From assembly GCF_001194135.2 (NCBI RefSeq), contig NC_068981.1, forward strand, positions 102,241,123 through 102,305,122: 64,000 nt of DNA. The letters are read 5' to 3'. A program made the position numbers and the translations under genes. Of this stretch, positions 38,316 through 49,515 are shown in pieces (the stretch's first letter is position 1; the number at the start of each line of letters is the position of its first letter). A model generated the notes under the pieces. That model made no database searches. It saw nothing but the letters and a program-made list of their open reading frames with translations, and had not been told where the DNA came from. Source of the stretch: Octopus bimaculoides (Eukaryota).

Positions 38316-39384
38316 GAAAAGGGAATATATCATTCCAAATGTACAGGAATATTCAATTTAGTAATACCAAATTAAATTTCACAATATATAATATTATACA
38401 ATTCAGACAATGAATTACCCCAATAACACCATCCAGAAAAAATACACTATAAAAATACTAATCTAAATTATAAAAAGTAAATAGTATTGAATTTATAAAT
38501 CATAAAGGGTAAATAGCAATAAGTTGACTACACGTGTTTTATGGCTATATTAAAACAGATAAAATCAATTCCATTCAAAATTAATTGATTCAAATTTAAT
38601 TCTATTTAAAAATATAGTCACTCATAAGGTGTAGAATAAAAATAAAAAATTAAAGTACGTATCTAACCACATAATAATTAATTAGAAATCTGTATATAAA
38701 AATACGTGTTAATACAATAAAAAAATGAAAAACATTTAATAAAATTGCTTAAAATTAAAAGCATGACTTATCAACGAATTTCTGTGAACTAAAAATTTAA
38801 AACGTAATACATAGAACTTAGCATTTATAAAGAACATATCATGTGACAAATATGGCGTTACTAAAAGTAGAGAAAATACGTATTTATGTTAATAAAATAG
38901 CAAACTTTATTTCAGAATAATAAATATTGACCTGTAGTATACCATTCACTGGAAAAATTTAAAGTCTGGTTATTTTTAAAGTCTAAATAATTTAGAACTG
39001 AAATACGTGAAAAATATATAAGGTACATAAATAGTGCTAAGTTTTTATAAATTAATATATTTTCATTAAATTATTTATTTATTAATAAATAGCGTAATTA
39101 ATTTTTTTCCAATTATGCATTGTCCTCTAACTAATCTCATGTTAATTATATGTATTTTACTACTACAAATTGTAACTACAATAATTAGTAATGTAAAATA
39201 GGGTGTATATAAACACATTATCTAAACTTATTATATGAATAATTTAACTTACGTCTACATTTAATTTTACTTTCATCTAGAGAATTAATTAATTTTTTAT
39301 TATTAGTTAATAATATCTCCTTAAATTCATTAGTACATAATAGACAAAAATTACTACCTATTCAATAAGATTTTGCCTTACAAA

Positions 39385-39665
39385 TTATCTCTCAATTCCA
39401 GTTGATCTGATCATTGGAACAGCTTGCTAGTCAAATTAACCTAGAAGTGACTGAGCACTCCATAGACACATGTACCCTTAATGTAGTTCTCAGGGAGATT
39501 TTAGCATGACACAGAGTGTGATAAGGCTGGTCTTTTGTAGTACAGGTACTACTAATTTATGCCAGCTGAGTGGACTGGAGCAACGTGAAATAAAGTGTGT
39601 TGCTCAAGGACATAACCTGTTGCCAGGAATTGAACTCATGACCTTACGATCGTGAGCCAAATACC
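39385..39665 (-). mobile_element. Older SINE sharing the family C central body, with a family D-like head
   Basis: CAGTTGATCTGATCATTGGAACAGC...GTAGTTCTCAGGGAG body as in family C; GGAGCAACGTGAAATAAAGTG...GGAATTGAACTC head as in family D. Confidence 0.6.
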
Positions 39666-40267
39666 CCACACACACATGAATGAATTTATGTGTGTGGGAG
39701 AAAAAGAGACAGGCTTCTGTGCAGTGTACATCCACTTAATTCCAGTAGCAAATTATTGGTTAACATGACTATATAATAGTAAAACTTGCTTAAGGTGCTG
39801 TGTGGTGGAATCAATTCTCAGGTCACTTGGTTGCAAGACAAACATCCATGTCACACAACTTTGCCTGCACCCATTTAATTTCATATTAAATGTGTTTTAG
39901 TTTCAAATTTTTATAGTATATAAAATATTCTATATCATCAATATGGTTAACACATTGTATATTTCATTTGAAACACCTGGAATATATGTACACATATGTG
40001 TGTGTATGTACATGCATGTGTGTGTGTGCATTTATGTTAGCTGCATTTGGCTTATCTACATTACTCACTTTTACAGATATAAAAGTATGTCCAATCATTA
40101 AAATTTTGTGGTGCTAAATGCAAGGTGGTGAAGTAGGCTGATTTTCATTGGATGATGAGAAAAGTTCATTTCTATTAGTCAGCTTGGGTCACATGATGAG
40201 ACCAGTCTTTGGGGCATTTACTTTGATAAAATGTTGCTAGATTTGTTCCAAGACAGAATACTCTTAA

Positions 40268-40477
40268 GACTTTTAGCATCTAGATTACTCTATTAGATGT
40301 AATGTTTATTCCTTGTGAATTATCTTGCATTATCTTGTATCTTCAAGATTTCAATGTTGTGATCATTTAGTTTTAGAATGACATTGTAGGGTATGTGTGA
40401 GAGGACACAACCAGTCAGTTTGAACATAAAACAGACAGAATATTTGGGCTGGATATGGCTAATTTAAATTTAAAGGG
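40268..40477. mobile_element. TTAA-flanked MITE (piggyBac-like)
   Basis: TTAA at 40264-40267 and 40478-40481; degraded CCCTTTA-type TIRs. Confidence 0.5.
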
Positions 40478-40499
40478 TTAATACTCTCTTCCTAGCATA

Positions 40500-40790
40500 A
40501 CAACTACAGGAAAATCTTTTGCTAAGAGCAAGCTACTATATCTAGCAGACAACTGCAGAAAAATTTTTAACTAAGAGCAATCCACTATATCTACCTTTCA
40601 TTAACTTGGAGAAGGCTTTTAAAGGAGTTCCATGATATATAGTCTGGTGGTAACTAAGAAAACTAAGTGAAGATGAATGGCTTATGAGAGTTGTGTAAGT
40701 TGTTTGTAAGAGTGCTGTGAAAAAGCTGAGAGAGAGAGTGAGAAATGCATCCAGTGAAGAATTTAATGCCCAAGCAGGTGTCCATTATTT
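40500..40790 (+). mobile_element. Old RTE RT fragment with a local ~45 bp duplication
   Basis: QLQEKFLTKSNPLYLPFINLEKAFKGVP...VWW...EWLMRVV parallels the RT at 31050-31400. Confidence 0.7.
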
Positions 40791-40999
40791 CCTGAAGCTC
40801 ATTGGCTACATGTAACTAATGACACTTTAGTTCACAAACTGTGATATAATATAATATAAATCAAATCAGTTGAACATTTTCATAGAATTCCAAATTATGA
40901 AATGTAGAATATTGATTTCTTTTGATTAGGCACAAAGTCTACACTTGTAGGCGTTCAAACTATAGTTGATTTAAATGACTACACACATACACACGCATG

Positions 41000-41035
<36 letters not shown>

Positions 41036-41254
41036 ATCAATGCATCTTATTTTAGTTGTTCTTAGCATGTAGTAGGGTGTGAAAGGCAAAGTTATTCCTA
41101 GATTCAGAACTAAATGAATCTAAATACTGCTATATTTATTAATGCGACACTTTGTCACTTGCTTCCTTTCATTTGTCTCTGTAAACAATTGGCTGAAAAT
41201 CTGGCATAGCCAGTGGAATGAAAACAAATATTTTATAACATTATATTGCTTTCA

Positions 41255-41435
41255 AATTTTGGCACCTGGCCAACAATTTCTGGGGAGGGTTCTGGTCAAT
41301 TATATCAGCCCATACTCAGCTGGTATTTATTTTATCAACCTCAAAAGGATAAAAAGCAAAGTTAACCTTGGCAGAATTTGAACTCAGAATGTAGTGACAA
41401 ACAAAAGGCTAATGATTCTGTTAGCGTGCCACCTT
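41255..41435 (-). mobile_element. SINE family B
   Basis: Reverse match; its 5' end is the insertion site of the family C copy. Confidence 0.7.
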
Positions 41436-41440
41436 CATAT

Positions 41441-41834
41441 TGTTGTTGTTGTTGGCACTCCATCGCTTACGACGTCGAGGGTTTCAGTTGATCCGATCAA
41501 TGGAACAGCCTGCTCATGAAATTAACGTGCAAGTGGCTGAGCACTCCACAGACACGTGTACCATTAACGTAGTTCTCGGGGATATTCAGCGTGACACAGT
41601 GTGACAAGGCTGACCCTTTGAATTACAGGCACAACAGAAACAGGAAGTAAGAGTGAGAGAAAGTTGTGGTGAAAGAGTACAGCAGGGTTCGCCACCATCC
41701 CCTGTCAGAGCCTCGTGGAGCTTTTTAGGTGTTTTCGCTCAATAAACACTCACAACGCCCGGTCTGGGAATCGAAACCGCGATCCTATGACCGTGTGTCC
41801 ACTGCCCTAACCACTGGGCCATTGCGCCTCCACC
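41441..41834 (-). mobile_element. SINE family C, full length, young
   Basis: CpGs retained; CCACCTTCATATTGT duplicated at 41429-41443 and 41830-41844. Confidence 0.9.
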
Positions 41835-42431
41835 TTCATATTGTAACATAATATTAAAGACCAAAGTGAGATGCTGATTGGTTGTTGTTGCTATTATTGT
41901 TTAGGGCCAGGCCAATCTCGATTAAAAAGAAAAGCTCCAGCCATTACCATACGATTTTTTTATTGAATTTCTTTCATTGTCCTTTTTTTTATTTTACTGA
42001 TGGGTGGGGCCTGATTTGAGGAGAGATACCTGGCTGTTATTTTGAGCAGAGTGAACAACTAACTGCACAGAGGTTTCCAACTGACAACTGATTAAATAGA
42101 TCTAGGATAAAAGGCATACCACCCATGTCCATCCTATCATTTTTCAAGTTTAGTTTATCCAGGAGGATTGGTATTTCATCCATCTTAACATTCTGAGTTA
42201 AAATTCCTCCAAGATTAACTTTGCTTTTCATCCTTTTTTTGAGGGGGTGGGGGATCAATAAAATAAGTACCAGTTGAAGAATGGGATCAATATAATTGAT
42301 TTACTCCACCCCCAAGCTTACTGACCATGTGCCAAAATTTTAAACCAATATATTCAAGAGGATTATATTATTCAGTGTGTTCTTTATACACACACACACA
42401 CACACGCACATAAATATAGTGAAAATATATT

Positions 42432-42729
42432 TAATAAAAGAAGGAAAATGCACATAATTTATATAGTTTTAATATATTTTAAAGGATAGAATATTATGAT
42501 AGTCGACCAGTTTTGCATTTTGCTAATCATGACATTTGAACTGGTGAAAATATTTCAATTTTGTATTTCCTTAAGGAGTTTTTAGTCCATGCTGCTTGTA
42601 TGAGAGTTTGTTTGTAAAAATATTAGCATGTACATTAGTGAAATGTGAAACCAGTCGAATATCATAGTATTCTATCCTTTAAAATATATTAAAAATACAT
42701 AAATCGTGTGCATTTTCCTTCTTTTATTA
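42432..42729. mobile_element. MITE with ~95 bp inverted arms
   Basis: TAATAAAAGAAGGAAAATGCAC...GGATAGAATA...GTCGAC at the left is mirrored at 42634-42729. Confidence 0.7.
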
Positions 42730-42788
42730 TATGCTTTTCCGTTACAACTCACCATATGGGGAAAATCTCTTCAATAAAATTTAAGATA

Positions 42789-43220
42789 TAGGTGCAGGAG
42801 TGGCTCTGTGGTAAGTAGCTTGCATCATACCAACAACTTGGTTCTGGGTTCAGTACCACTGCATGGCACCTTGGGCAAGTGTCTTTTACTATAGCCTCAG
42901 GCTGACCAAAGCCTTGTGAGTGGATTTGGTAGACGGAAACTGAAAGAAGCCCGTCTTATATATATATATATATATATATACATATACATGTGTGTATGTA
43001 TGTGCATTTGTGTGTCTGTGCTTGTGTCCCCCATCCAACATCGCTTGACAACCGATGCTAGAGTGTTTATGTCCCTGTAACTTAGCAGTTCGGCAAAAGA
43101 GTCCAATAGAATAAATACTAGGCTTACAAAGAATAAGTCCTGGGGTTGATTTGCTTGACTAAAGGTGCTGCTCCAGCATGGCCATAGTCAAATGACTGAA
43201 ACAAGTAAATGAATAAAAGA
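42789..43220 (+). mobile_element. SINE family A, full length
   Basis: High similarity to 46273-46687. Confidence 0.9.
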
Positions 43221-43234
43221 ATATATATATATGA

Positions 43235-44510
43235 AGGAAGTGCTACCAAAATGTGATTTGATTTGCTCCAAGCCTCTCATACAATGTCAAAACTTGTGTG
43301 AAAAGGGTATTCCTCAGGTCAATAGACAAACACTTCATGCAGACACATAAATACAGACCTTTATTCAACAGGCACAACCTAAGGGTCTCCTTTAGTTGTG
43401 TACCCAACATGAAAATTATATTAGCTAACACCCATAAAACACTGGAAGAAGCAGGTTGCTCTTGCAGGGTATACAATGACAGTCTAGCAGATAGCCGGTG
43501 TGAGGCCGAGGGAGTCATCTATGAAGCTGTGGTGACACCCAGGCCTAGTGACCACAGTAATAGCAGCATGATGATGCCAGCACCAGCACTACAGCCGGAG
43601 AAGATGACTATGCTGACACCAACAGAACCAGTGAAGCTACTGGTTCCACACCCAACATTACCATCAACGGTACTCATATTGCCAATGGCACCCAAAGTGC
43701 CACTGATAGCAATAGTGCCAACCCTGCAACTAGGGACTACCACCACAGCGACAGCAGGCACAACCGCATCACTGGACCCATGCGTTATGGTGATAACAGC
43801 ACTGATGGCAGCCCCAATAATGCCAGTGTCAACAACAACATCCCCAGGCCCAGAGCCAACCAAAGATGCACCAATAATGTGAACACAACCAACACCCAAA
43901 TGGAAATACATTGGATCAGCTGGTACAGCATTCAAGTGATCCTTGTACAGCCACAGGTCCTCCTTCAGGGTCCCAGAAAGATGATTTTTCACATCACTGG
44001 CCAGCCATGTGTGGTGCCTCTAAGATGAAGGGACTCCATACGATATCAAGTGGAAGATCTTAGAAAGGTTGGGCTCCCTACATCAACGGGGTGTGTATGC
44101 TGCAAGCTCTGCATAGTTGAGTGAGCTAGGATACTTAAAGACTCCCTGAGACCTGGATCACTGAATACTTGCCAAGAAATCTTCACACCATGCATCCATT
44201 TCAAGCGCTACCTGCTGCAAACATGGGATTCCTGTTTGCTGACTAAGCTTGGAAGAGTCCTTACAACCCATTAACAGGCCAAGGGATAGATCCCTTACTC
44301 CCCTCTCCAAATAGCTGGTCTAGGGGAGATAACCTGTTCTCACTAATGCCAGACTAATTATTCTCTAATGACCATTTGACCAATGACCATAACAACTTTT
44401 CACCTCTGAGAGGTGAAGTGTTAAATTTGTCTTCGGACTAGAGCCTAATGAGTTTGTCCACAAAGCCACAGCCTTAGTGGATGCAGAACCATTGGTCACT
44501 CTATGACCAG
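43235..44510 (+). mobile_element. Penelope-like retroelement 3' part (Naiad-like, tentative): linker, split GIY-YIG, 3' region with hammerhead
   Basis: NVI*FAPSLSYNVKT..RVFLRSIDKHF...FNRHNLRVSFSCVPN, CSCR...C...VIYEAVVT, KYIGSAGTAFK*SLYSHRSSF, YDIKWKIL, CKLCIVE...LNT..EIFTPCIH. Confidence 0.8.
44439..44503 (+). ncRNA. Degenerate hammerhead ribozyme
   Basis: TAGAG(C)-CTAATGA-helix II (GTCCAC/GTGGAT)-AGAA-CCATTGG-TC-ACTCTA. Helices I, II and III are visible, but the core deviates from CUGAUGA and GAAA. Confidence 0.5.
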
Positions 44511-44520
44511 GCATATATTA

Positions 44521-44556
<36 letters not shown>

Positions 44557-45019
44557 TATAATAAGTATAGTCATTACTAAAGTGACTGAGGGTGTTAGTG
44601 AGCGCCAGCATTGCTAGAACTAAGAGTTAAAACAACTCTTAGCCATGTGAAAGCACTTTTCTAACAACTAACTAGGGAAACAAGCTCCCACCTACAGCAA
44701 GCAAGATGGAGCCATATCAGCACTGATCCCAGATTTGATTAATCTTCATCTGTGATCCATTACTCTGTTGTCAAGGGTTATACAAGCTTATACAGCAGAC
44801 CCAAAAGTGCCACTTCAATAAAAGCATCATCCTGGGGGAAGACTGCCTCTTCCATCACATTTACACTACTGTGTTGTCCTTTTCTGATAAACAAATGTAA
44901 ATGCTCATGTTCAAAATGCTTTTGGTCATAGGTCTGCTTGAACAGGGATGACCTGGGGTTAAACAACAAAAAGTGGAGTTTTCACTGTTTGACACATACC
45001 TGTTTCAATCTCTCTGTCA

Positions 45020-45789
45020 ATCACCATACACACACAGACACACACACAGACACACACACAGACACACACACAGACACACACACACACACACACACATGCA
45101 CACACACACAATTTGTCTCTCTCAGACACATCCTCTCTCTCTCTCTTTTTCACTCCCATTCTCTCTGTCTTACAAACACAGACATGTACTCTCTTTCTCT
45201 TACACACACACACAGGTACACTTAGCAACACATGCAGACACATACTCTCTCTCGCTCTCTCTCTCTGTCTCTCTCTCTCTGTCTCTCTCTCTCTGTCTCT
45301 CTCTCTGTGTCTCTCTCTCTGTGTCTCTCTCTCTCTGTCTCTCTCTCTCTGTCTCTCTCTCTCTCTGTCTCTCTCTCTGTGTCTCTCTCTTTCTCTGTCT
45401 CTCTCTCTGTCTCTGTCTCTCTGTCTCTCTCTCTCTGTCTCTCTCTCTCTCTCACACACACACACACGTACTCTCTTTCTCTTACACACACATACAGGCA
45501 CACTCATTGACACATGCATACACACACTCTCTCTTTCACTCCCTCTCACTTTCTCACACACATGCACACACTGACACACAGAATCTCTTTCTCTTTCAAT
45601 GTCTCTCTCTCTCTCTCTTTCACAGATACACATGCTAACACACACACACACTCTCTCCCTCTCTCTCAATCTCTCCTCCTCTCTCCACTCACTTTTCCTC
45701 CTTTCTCTCTCACTCTCTCTCACACACACACACTCTCTCAATCTCTCCCCCTCTCTCTACTCACTTTCCCTCCTCTCTCTCTCACGCGT

Positions 45790-45835
<46 letters not shown>
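45020..45835. repeat. Large compound (CA)n/(CT)n/(CTGT)n simple-repeat block with internal duplications
   Basis: Direct reading; source of the SLSL/RERE ORFs. Confidence 0.95.
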
Positions 45836-46272
45836 TAAAAATTACAATCATGTCATTAGCAAGGATTATGATGTTTTGTTTTGTTTTGATCTGCATTAGC
45901 TAAACTAAATTCGAACACTTTAATGCCACTAAGAACATCGTTTATTATTAATTTCATTGCCAAACTATTGAATTATTGATTAACTAACAAAATGAAAGAA
46001 TCAAAGGAGAGAGAGAGAGAGAGAGAGAAAGAGGAAGAGAAAGAGTGAAGAAGACAGAAGATTGAGAGAAAGAGAGAGAGAGAGACGCTCTCATGAGAGA
46101 CATTTAAAAGAGAGCGTATGTCCCTCTATTTTGAATATTCAACATTCCTGATATGATATTTGTGAACTATAATTAGTGGGTTCCTAAGATGAGTTGAGAG
46201 GTCTGTATTTTGTTGGGGAAGGACATAGCCAATGGAATCTAACTTAGTATGTATATTACTTAATATTACACA

Positions 46273-46687
46273 GGGTAGGCGTAGGAGTGGCTGTGTGGTA
46301 AGTAACTCGCTTACCAACCACATGGTTCCGGGTTCAGTCCCACTGCGTGGCACCTTGGGCAAGTGTCTTCTACTATAGCCTCGGGCCGACCAAAGCCTTG
46401 TGAGTGGATTTGGTAGACGGAAACTGAAAGAAGCCCGTCGTATATATGTATATGTATATATATATATGTGTTTGTGTGTCTGTGTTTGTCCCCTCAACAT
46501 CGCTTGACAACCGATGCTGGTGTGATTAAGTCCTCGTCACTTAGCGGTTCAGCAAAAGAGACCGATAGAATAAGCACTAGGCTTACAAAGAATAAGTCCT
46601 GGGGTCGATTAGCTCGACTAAAAAGGCGGTGCTCCAGCATGGCCACAGTCAAATGACTGAAACAAGTAAAACAGTAAAACAGTAAAC
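46273..46687 (+). mobile_element. SINE family A, full length, young
   Basis: tRNA-like head GGAGTGGCTGTGTGGTAAG...GGTTCAGTCCC, central (TA/TG)n tract, and GAAACAAGTAAAACAGTAAAAC tail; CpGs retained. Confidence 0.92.
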
Positions 46688-46850
46688 AGGGTAATATGGA
46701 GCCTTTATGCTAGTGGTTCTCAACTGGGGTCCATTTGGCCCTCGGGGGTCTGTATAAGATTTTGCTGCTAAAATTTGTATGCAATGAATTGCTTATACTT
46801 CTAAAATACACAAAATGTTTTAACAATTTTTTAAATACAGTTCCTAATAA

Positions 46851-47848
46851 TCATCATCATCATTTAACGTCTATTGTCCATACTGGCATGGATTGGACAA
46901 CCTGACTTGGGCTGGTAAGCTGAGGAGCTGCACCAGACTCCAGTCTGATTCAAAGTGGTTCCTACAGTTGGATGCCCTTCCTAACACCAACCACTCCGAG
47001 AGTGTAATGAGTGCTCTTACACACCGCCAGCACAAGTGCCAGTTGTGTGACACCAGTATCTGCCACAACTACGGTTTCACTTGGCTTGATCGGTCTTCTT
47101 CTCAAGCACAGCATATTGCCAAAGATCTCAGTCATTTGTCATTGCCTCTGTGAGGCCCAACACTTGAAGGGTGCTTTTTGTGTGCCTCCAGCACAGATGC
47201 TAGTTACACGACACCAGCAACAGCCACATTGTCTCTGTGAGGCCCAACACTTGAAGGGTGCTTTTTGTGTGCCTCCAGCACAGATGCTAGTTACACGACA
47301 CCAGCAACAGCCACATTGTCTCTGTGAGGANNNNNNNNNNNNNNNNNNNNNNNNNNNNNNNNNNNNNNNNNNNNNNNNNNNNNNNNNNNNNNNNNNNNNN
47401 NNNNNNNNNNNNNNNNCCTCTGTGAGGCCCAACACTTGAAGGGTGCTTTTTGTGTGCCTCCAGCACAGATGCTAGTTACACGACACCAGCAACAGCCACA
47501 TTGTCTCTGTGAGGCCCAACACTTGAAGGGTGCTTTTTGTGTGCCTCCAGCACAGATGCTAGTTACACGACACCAGCAACAGCCACATTGTCTCTGTGAG
47601 GACCAACACTTGAAAGGTGCTTTTTGTGTGCCTCCAGCACAGATGCTAGTTACACGACACCAGCAACAGCCACATTGTCTCTGTGAGGCCCAACACTTGA
47701 AGGGTGCTTTTTGTGTGCCTCCAGCACAGATGCTAGTTACAAGACACCAACACCAGCCACATTGTCTCTGTGAGGACCAACATTTGAAAGGTGCTTTTTA
47801 CACGCCAGTTACATGACACCAGTATCAGCCATGACTACAATTTTACTT
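46851..47848 (-). mobile_element. RTE 3' UTR fragment carrying an 87-bp tandem array
   Basis: (CAT)n tail at 46851-46863 and the standard RTE 3' end. Confidence 0.85.
47146..47800. repeat. 87-bp minisatellite, at least 7 near-identical units, with a gap inside
   Basis: Unit starts at 47146, 47233, 47320, then 47418, 47505, 47592, 47679, 47766. Confidence 0.95.
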
Positions 47849-49365
47849 TAATTATAAAAGTATAGGAGGGACATTTTTAAATACTGAACGGCTATGCGGA
47901 TCCACCTAGGTAAAATAGGAACCAGAGGGGCCCATAGGCAAAAATGGTTGAGAAACCAGCTCTATGTAGTAACACTAACCGTTAAAAATAGCTGTCAAGG
48001 TTCCTCAAAATTATGGAGGGAGCCCATTAGATAATACATGTTTACATAACCCTAAAAACACAGGATGGTCATGTCTGGAATACCCCTAACCAAAGGTTTG
48101 TTTGATTAGAGCTGACCTGATACTAAAGAACAACAACAATTTTTATATTTTCAAGTCAACAAGGAAGCCTCTCTGTGGTTATTTGACGTGCTAGAAATAG
48201 CAGTCAAATCTCTTTGAAGATAAAAAAAACAAACCATCCTACTATCTTAGCAGAAAGATAATGAATTCTGAAGCAAAATGTGACTGGATGGTTATATCTG
48301 GAACATCTTTGGTCATAAGTCTGCTCAATAAAAACTAATATGAAGCTAAACAATGATAGCTGTAGATAAAAAGAGACACACTTTGAAACATTATGGAATT
48401 GATAAAAAAAAATATTAATGGTTTGAAAAGCTGCAGGTATGGAGTGAGGGATAAATTAAATAAAAGTAATAACAAAAGATTGGAAGCTCAGATTAGATTT
48501 AAAATTAAGTTATTAAAAATAGCTACAGAAAAAGAAATGTATTGTTTTGTAATTATCTTATGAAGGAAAGAGAGATCAAAATGAAATTGTCCAGTAAAAC
48601 TTCTTTTCCTTTTAAAGAATGCAAAACAGCTAATGAAAAATTAGATTACAAAAGATTAGTTTTATCTCAAATCATATATTAATCCAGATATTCCAACCAA
48701 TAGGCTCTAATCTTGGAATATTTAAGAAAATAAAAGATTGCTTGTAGATATAGCAAAAAAAAAATTGCTTTTACTTCCGAAATACCAACAAAAATGTATA
48801 TCTTGGCAGATCTTGCTGGTAAGTTAATATAATAATAATTATGCAACACATTGTTTGTGAATACTGATTAAAAAGAAAACAACTGAATCCAAATACAGAA
48901 AATTTGCAACATTAATTAAGACAAACTGTACTTAAATATGCTTGCGAAAATGTACAACAATAAGTCAATTAGACAATTTATGTAATAGAAGTTATGGAAA
49001 TTATACCTAGACATTTTCATGTTTTCATGTCAATAGAATAATTTGTGCCATGGAGTTAAATGTATGCAAGCAGATAAAAGGCCACCAGTAAAGAGAAAAA
49101 TCAGTTAAACATATGTGTATATAAATTGGTTGAAGTTAGTCTAGTGAGCCAAGACTAAGGCTAACATGTAGTTAAGAAAAAGTACCAAATAGTATAGTTT
49201 ACTATGGTTACCAGAGATAGAAAATAAGGACTGAACTAACTGGTGTCAAGCAAATGACTCAGCTGAGAGCCAGTGAGTCTGAAAGAAATTTTAATTAAGT
49301 CAAAACCATATTGCACAGACAACTAGCTTCTGAGCAGCTAAAATTTCTAACTTGGTAAATATCTA

Positions 49366-49515
49366 ATAGGTTAAAATAATGCAAGTAATGACTGGCTAAA
49401 ATAATACAGGTGGTGATTGGCTAATATAACACGAGTGATGATTGGCTAAAATAACATAGGTGATGATTGGCTAAAATAACACAGGTGATGATTGGTTAAA
49501 ATAACACAAGTGATT
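49366..49515. repeat. 25-bp minisatellite (~6 units) carrying inverted CCAAT boxes
   Basis: Unit AATAACACAGGTGATGATTGGCTAA; ATTGG at 49416, 49441, 49466 and 49491. Confidence 0.9.

Larger units (their letters stand above)
46711..47959. mobile_element. hAT-type MITE split by an RTE insertion
   Basis: Ends TAGTGGTTCTCAAC and GTTGAGAAACCAG; 8-bp flanks CTTTATGC and CTCTATGT (6/8 identical). A related fragment lies at ~49890-49970. Confidence 0.65.

Noticed and set aside
41745-41834. tRNA-like sequences at SINE heads (also 9665-9752, 46273-46350, 53289-53360) as tRNA genes
   Set aside because: Stems pair poorly and, apart from the 53.3 kb cassette, each runs into a SINE body.
43260-44010. In-frame TGA codons in the Naiad-like PLE as selenocysteine
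   Set aside because: They fall at apparent Trp or Arg positions rather than Cys ligands, the frame also has a TAA and a frameshift, and I saw no SECIS.
44959-45903. ORFs rich in RERE, SLSL, HTHT and CVCV, here and throughout the window
   Set aside because: Translations of microsatellites; no domain signal.
47436-47816. ORF of 29-aa Cys/His-containing repeats
   Set aside because: Product of the 87-bp minisatellite inside an RTE 3' UTR, antisense to the element.
48360-49200. A-rich unique stretch that looks like decayed coding sequence
   Set aside because: No sustained frame or motif could be identified.
47146-49515. 87-bp and 25-bp arrays as CRISPR
   Set aside because: Units are contiguous with no unique spacers, there are no cas genes, and the context is eukaryotic.
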